Translations under genes and position numbers: made by a program | Origin: a virus | Taxonomy: Duplodnaviria; Caudoviricetes | Length of the DNA: 64,000 bases | Reading direction: 5' to 3' (one strand) | Virus record (IMG/VR): IMGVR_UViG_2551306257_000001 | Span: 5,988 to 69,987 of that record | The notes under the pieces: generated by a model | The model's input: only the letters and a program-made list of their open reading frames with translations | Told to the model about the DNA's origin: nothing | Database searches by the model: none | Shown here: positions 59,549 through 64,000 of the stretch, one piece after another | Position numbering within the stretch: position 1 is the stretch's first letter | How the letters are laid out: each line of letters opens with the position of its first letter

Positions 59549-59896
59549 TTACCCTTTCACAAAGGTGAAAAGCCACTCAACAATACTTGGCCCAGCAGAA
59601 ACAGCAACAATGGCCACTGCAATAGCTACCCAGTGCTTCTTAATACCTGCTTTAAGATCACGACCACCGAAACCATAAATTAGACCAGTTACCACAACAG
59701 CCAAACCCAAAGTTACAATGCCAAGTCCCTGAACTTTAGTAATCCCCTGTTTTGCTAGTTCATCTGTTTTGGTGAAAGGATCATCTGCATAGACGGTATT
59801 TGTCAAGATGCCTGATAGAAAGAGTGATAGACTGAGCAAGTAGTTCCTGCCTTTGGTCTTCACTTCACCGAAATAATTTGTCAATGTGTCCTTCAT
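59549..59896 (-). CDS. VirB2/TrbC-like pilin
   Basis: Signal ending VYA-D, two hydrophobic helices; start behind AGGAGG. Confidence 0.7.
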   Translation of the reverse strand: MKDTLTNYFGEVKTKGRNYLLSLSLFLSGILTNTVYADDPFTKTDELAKQGITKVQGLGIVTLGLAVVVTGLIYGFGGRDLKAGIKKHWVAIAVAIVAVSAGPSIVEWLFTFVKG

Positions 59897-59926
59897 AGAA
59901 GCCCTCCTTATTTTTATTGACATGAT

Positions 59927-59968
59927 TAGTGTAAGGGATAAATAACATTCCTGCGTTAAGAGGACAAA
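59927..59968 (-). promoter_or_regulatory. 42-bp ICE promoter motif, copy 4
   Basis: TTTGTCCTCTTAACGCAGGAATGTTATTTATCCCTTACACTA. Confidence 0.85.
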
Positions 59969-59986
59969 TCGCAGGAAAAATATTTT

Positions 59987-61819
59987 TCAGCTGAAGAGAG
60001 AATCCATTTCTCCTTCAATATCTAGTTTGATCTGCCTCAAGTCTTTGCGGTGTTGGCCATCTGGTGCCTCCCCTTCCACCCATAAATGAACATTGTAAGT
60101 TTGTTTACTCCTATCCAACAATAGAATCTTAGCCGAGATCGGCGGCAATACTTTTTGTTTAATCAAATGCTCTAAGGGCCGTGCACCATTCTTTACATCG
60201 GTTCCCACGTCCGACAGATACTGAATCAAACTTGGTTCATAAGAGAGCGTTACATTTTGTTGGCTCAACCTAGCTTCAATCTCAGATAAATTTTTCTCTG
60301 CGATTTCTTCAATAACATCACGCTCCAGGAGATTAAAGATGAGTTTATTTTCAATCCGATTCAAAAACTCTGGTCTAAATTCATTTTGAAGCTCGCTGAC
60401 CATAGATTTCTCAAACTGAAGCCACTCACGATCGGATAAATTTTTGAAATTGCCTTTTAATTCCCACTTATTGATAATTTTCTTATCACCACTATTTGTG
60501 GTCATAATGACAATTGTGTTTTTGAAGCTAACCAGACGACCTGTACTGTCTGTCAAGCGCCCATCAGCAAGCACCTGGAGAAATAGGTCTATGACTTCAC
60601 CGTGCGCTTTTTCAAGCTCATCCAGTAGCAAAACACAATAAGGTTTCTGCTTGACTCCTTCCGTCAGCTGCCCTTTTGTTTTCGTAGCACGATTTCCGAT
60701 TAGTTTGGCCACATCTTCTTTCTGTTTATACTCAGACATATCAAAACGAATCATGGCATCTTCATCATCAAAAAGTGCTTCTGCCAAGGCTTTGGCTAAC
60801 TCTGTCTTCCCAACTCCAGTCGCACCAAGGAAGAGGAACGAGGAGATTGGTCTGTTTTCATCTTGTAAGCCTGCTTGAGCAATGGTCACAGCATCAACAA
60901 TTGCATCAATCGCTTCTTCCTGACCCTTGACTCGTCTCATCAATTTTTCCTTGAGACCATCTAGCCGCTCCTGGTCTCCTTTTAAAATTGTCGTAACAGG
61001 AATACCAGCTTTATCCTTCAAGACTTGGGCTATATCTACTTCTGTTACACTCTCTTTTCCTTCAACTGAAGCAATAGTTGCTGCTTCATCGATCAAATCA
61101 AAGGCTTTATCTGGTAAAAAACGATCTGTAATATAGCGAACAGACAAACGGACTGCTTGTCGAACTGCTTCTGAAGAAATTTTTAGCCCATGAAATGTTT
61201 CATAAACGCCTTTTGCCTGTTCGATAATCGCTATCGCTTGCGGAATTGTCGGTTCCTCTACCATAACTGGCTGGACCCGACGTTCCAATGCTCTATCTGT
61301 TTCGATATAGTCATGGAACTCATCTAAGGTAGTTGCACCGACCAACTGAATGTCGCCACGTGCCAAGACTGGCTTGATAACATTTCCTGCATCAAGAGCC
61401 TGACCGTCTTGGCCACCTGCACCAACAATAGTATGAAATTCATCTACAAAGAGGAGATTCTGTCCTCGTGTAGCAACCATCTCCTCAATGATTTTCTTGA
61501 ACTTGGCTATGAAGCCACCATCTTCTTCACTCATTAAGCTAGACAGTTCCAAAGAGCGTACCGTTAAACCCTTTAAGGCAGATGGAACCTGACCACGCAA
61601 GATAGCAAGAGTTAAGCCTTCGACAATAGCTGTCTTCCCGACTCCAGCCTCTCCAACTAAGACAGGATTGTTTTTCGTTCGCCTGAGAAGGGAAACGATG
61701 ACGGCCTGAACCTCTTTATCTCGTCCATAAACCTGGTAATCAGCCACCTTCTTTGAGACTTTGTCTGACAAATTGTCAGTGTACTTATCAAGATAGGGTG
61801 TCTTCACTTCGTCTTCCAC
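59987..61819 (-). CDS. ClpA/B-like double AAA+ ATPase lacking the N-terminal domain
   Basis: GEAGVGKT / FVDEFH and GATGVGKT / LLDELEKAH; FRPEFLNR; GARPL. Confidence 0.93.
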   Translation of the reverse strand: MEDEVKTPYLDKYTDNLSDKVSKKVADYQVYGRDKEVQAVIVSLLRRTKNNPVLVGEAGVGKTAIVEGLTLAILRGQVPSALKGLTVRSLELSSLMSEEDGGFIAKFKKIIEEMVATRGQNLLFVDEFHTIVGAGGQDGQALDAGNVIKPVLARGDIQLVGATTLDEFHDYIETDRALERRVQPVMVEEPTIPQAIAIIEQAKGVYETFHGLKISSEAVRQAVRLSVRYITDRFLPDKAFDLIDEAATIASVEGKESVTEVDIAQVLKDKAGIPVTTILKGDQERLDGLKEKLMRRVKGQEEAIDAIVDAVTIAQAGLQDENRPISSFLFLGATGVGKTELAKALAEALFDDEDAMIRFDMSEYKQKEDVAKLIGNRATKTKGQLTEGVKQKPYCVLLLDELEKAHGEVIDLFLQVLADGRLTDSTGRLVSFKNTIVIMTTNSGDKKIINKWELKGNFKNLSDREWLQFEKSMVSELQNEFRPEFLNRIENKLIFNLLERDVIEEIAEKNLSEIEARLSQQNVTLSYEPSLIQYLSDVGTDVKNGARPLEHLIKQKVLPPISAKILLLDRSKQTYNVHLWVEGEAPDGQHRKDLRQIKLDIEGEMDSLFS

Positions 61820-61820
61820 T

Positions 61821-63569
61821 TCAATCTCTCCTTTCTTTTGCGGCCAAAATTTGATGCGTTAATTTTTCCTTGATAGCATCCACAAATTCACGTGGGTTTA
61901 TCTCTCCTTCTCCAATTTGAGATAGAAACGTTTCCCATCCGCCTGTTGTTTCAGGACTGGCAAACTCATTATCATAGAGGTAATGAATCAAGAGGTAAGC
62001 CTGATTCGTTGGGAATAATTGCCCTGTCTTCTTGTCCTTTTTGATATAACCTCGATCTTGAATGGTTTTCAACATGGTTGCCCTAGTTGCCTGTGTACCT
62101 AAGCCGTACTTGGGTAGGATTTCACTAATCAATTGGCTTTCTGTAATCCTCTTTGGTGGCTTTGTCACTCCCTCAAGGATATTGACCTTTGTCTCAAACT
62201 GATCTCCTATACGATAATCTGGTAGCTCTACATCCCCTTTTAGTTTTTGCTGGCTAAGATCGGCCCAACCTGGGTCAATCATTTGACGGCCTTTTGTTTT
62301 GAAAACCATCCCCTGGTTTTCCACTTCAACCGTCGTTGTTAGATAGCGACAATCAGCAGCAAACATCAGAAGGGTTCTGCGAACAACAGCTTCATAGATT
62401 AGCCTTTCTTCTGGCTTCAGGGTTACTAGGTTCGGGATATTCTCAGTTGGAATAAGAGCATAGTGACTTGTTTTGGCTACTTTCTTAGGATTAACATAAT
62501 CTTCCCTTGGTTCCATATTTACTGGTTCAAAAGGACAATTAATCGCCTCTTGATAACTCTTCAGGTAATTTCTTAAATAGCTAAACTCTTCCTCATCGAT
62601 ATATCGAGTATCTGTTCTAGGATAAGATAAGTATTTTTTCAAATAGAGACTTTCTATTATGCTTTCTGTTTTAGTTGGTTCAAATCCCCACTGTCTAGCC
62701 GCTAATCCCTGAATATCGGATAGATTAAATAGATGTGGTGCTGCTCTCTGTTTCTCTTCTGTTTCAACTGAAGAAACGGTAGAAACTGTGCTTAGTTCTC
62801 GTGACGTTGTAAGGATAAGTTCACTATCCGAGTACTTATCCTTATTTGTGAAACTGATCTCCGTTTCCTTATCTTGCAATTGTAATTTCCAATAGGTTTC
62901 TGGCTGGAAATTTTGAATCGCTATATCGTTCTCACAGATTAGCCGTACTCCAGGAGTTTGAACACGGCCGACAGACAAACTATTTCCCTTCCCTTTTGGA
63001 AGTCGCCCCTTACTTTGTAATTCTAAAGTAACTAGAGGAGACAAATTCATGCCTACTAGCCAATCTGACTGTGCACGTGCTTCAGCTTCCAGATAGTAGT
63101 TATAGGTTTCCATAGGTTCTCTTAAATTTTGAAAGGCTTTCTGAAGGCCTCGTATAGTCAACGAGTTGGTCCATAGGCGCTTAGTTACTTTATCTTTCCC
63201 TTCTGGAATGTGGGACAAGATTGAATAGGCAATCCGCTCCCCTTCCCTATCAGAGTCTGTACCGATAATCACCTGACTCGCTGCTGTTACTTCCTGATAG
63301 ATCTGTTTGAAAGTATCTTTAGATATTTTGTCCTGCTTTAAGGTCTGCTTAAAGGAAACATCGACCAATGGTAGTTTATCCAAATCCCAGTTATCCTTGG
63401 GTAGCCCATATTCAAACAAATGCCCCTCTGCTGCAATGATATGCACCTCATCTGAAAAATAGGGTGTTTGTTTAATAATGTGTACCTTTCCTTTTTTACT
63501 AGCCTTGCCCAAACACTCTGCATAAGCCACTGCCTGTGTTTCTTTCTCAGCTAGAATCACTGTTACCAT
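61821..63569 (-). CDS. Type IA DNA topoisomerase (TopB-like)
   Basis: ILAEK, GTDSDREGE, SVGRVQTP, SYPRTD, HYALIPT, GLGTQATRA. Confidence 0.94.
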   Translation of the reverse strand: MVTVILAEKETQAVAYAECLGKASKKGKVHIIKQTPYFSDEVHIIAAEGHLFEYGLPKDNWDLDKLPLVDVSFKQTLKQDKISKDTFKQIYQEVTAASQVIIGTDSDREGERIAYSILSHIPEGKDKVTKRLWTNSLTIRGLQKAFQNLREPMETYNYYLEAEARAQSDWLVGMNLSPLVTLELQSKGRLPKGKGNSLSVGRVQTPGVRLICENDIAIQNFQPETYWKLQLQDKETEISFTNKDKYSDSELILTTSRELSTVSTVSSVETEEKQRAAPHLFNLSDIQGLAARQWGFEPTKTESIIESLYLKKYLSYPRTDTRYIDEEEFSYLRNYLKSYQEAINCPFEPVNMEPREDYVNPKKVAKTSHYALIPTENIPNLVTLKPEERLIYEAVVRRTLLMFAADCRYLTTTVEVENQGMVFKTKGRQMIDPGWADLSQQKLKGDVELPDYRIGDQFETKVNILEGVTKPPKRITESQLISEILPKYGLGTQATRATMLKTIQDRGYIKKDKKTGQLFPTNQAYLLIHYLYDNEFASPETTGGWETFLSQIGEGEINPREFVDAIKEKLTHQILAAKERRD

Positions 63570-63596
63570 ATCTTATCTCCTCTCTCTTGATAGCTT

Positions 63597-63638
63597 CATC
63601 ATAAGAGATAATGATAATTTGTGCGTTAAGAGGACACT
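63597..63638 (-). promoter_or_regulatory. 42-bp ICE promoter motif, copy 5
   Basis: AGTGTCCTCTTAACGCACAAATTATCATTATCTCTTATGATG. Confidence 0.85.
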
Positions 63639-63700
63639 TAATTCTTTTTATTAAAAACAACATAAATTGTTATATAACTTTTTACGCTATTTCTTATATA

Positions 63701-63734
63701 CAATCAGGCACCCTCGAAAGAGAGTGCCTGATTG
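63701..63734. terminator. Hairpin terminator
   Basis: CAATCAGGCAC...GTGCCTGATTG. Confidence 0.7.
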
Positions 63735-63735
63735 A

Positions 63736-63930
63736 TTATCGACTAGGCCCTTTCACTTGGGCTTTAGGAAAATTTGGTGCTTGTCCTCTCATTTTCCCAA
63801 CCTGATAGGGCTTGGTGCGAGTTTCAACCTGCTTCAGCATCGTAGAAACTGTTTTATGAATTCGTTTCAATGAATCTGCCAACTGCTTATCGTCTAAGAC
63901 TGTCAAATTCTTTGTCCAACTTGCTATATA
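63736..63930 (-). CDS. 3' end of an ArdC/LtrC-like gene
   Basis: Hand-translated YIASWTKNLTVLDDKQLADSLKRIHKT..KGPSR*. Confidence 0.5.
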   Translation of the reverse strand, partial: YIASWTKNLTVLDDKQLADSLKRIHKTVSTMLKQVETRTKPYQVGKMRGQAPNFPKAQVKGPSR

Positions 63931-64000
63931 GACAATATGTAAAGACCCCCAGTTGAGAATTCGTGGATTTACCTGTACACTAGAATAAAAAAAACAATCA

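Larger units (their letters stand above)
33005..64000. mobile_element. TnGBS-family integrative conjugative element; boundary approximate, continues past the window
   Basis: Terminal ISLre2-like DDE transposase, T4SS/VirD4, LPxTG adhesins, Clp ATPase, topoisomerase; lies just upstream of a sigma-A -35 box, the known TnGBS target preference. Confidence 0.88.

Noticed and set aside
41541-63638. Repeated 42-bp motif as CRISPR repeats or integron-like recombination sites
   Set aside because: Copies are kilobases apart, non-palindromic, always at operon starts and end in -10 hexamers; no cas or cassette integrase gene is present

Overview
Streptococcal chromosome segment (S. suis-like; inferred from gene content and the rpmG-secE-nusG proteins) made of two mobile elements separated by three core genes. 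(1) 1-31778: a temperate HK97-type siphovirus prophage, late and early genes on the - strand and lysogeny module on the + strand. Its att core is the 3' end of a tRNA-Cys, and its left end lies outside the window. (2) 31954-32941: nusG, secE, rpmG. (3) about 33005-64000: a TnGBS-family conjugative element with an ISLre2/Mutator-like DDE transposase, inserted just upstream of the rpmG promoter. It carries ParA, a Gram-positive T4SS, VirD4, three LPxTG adhesins, a Clp-like ATPase and a topoisomerase, and continues past the right edge. The most striking unexplained signals are non-coding: five fixed-spacing 42-bp promoter motifs heading transfer operons (a likely element-specific activator regulon), an antisense-RNA attenuator at the ICE end that reads outward, a 12-bp-phased GTTATATAAC operator family, an RHH-sRNA-microORF-antirepressor cassette inserted in the phage tail operon, and an AbiF-type HEPN toxin with a structured leader RNA. 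All protein calls come from motifs and gene order; no database search was run.
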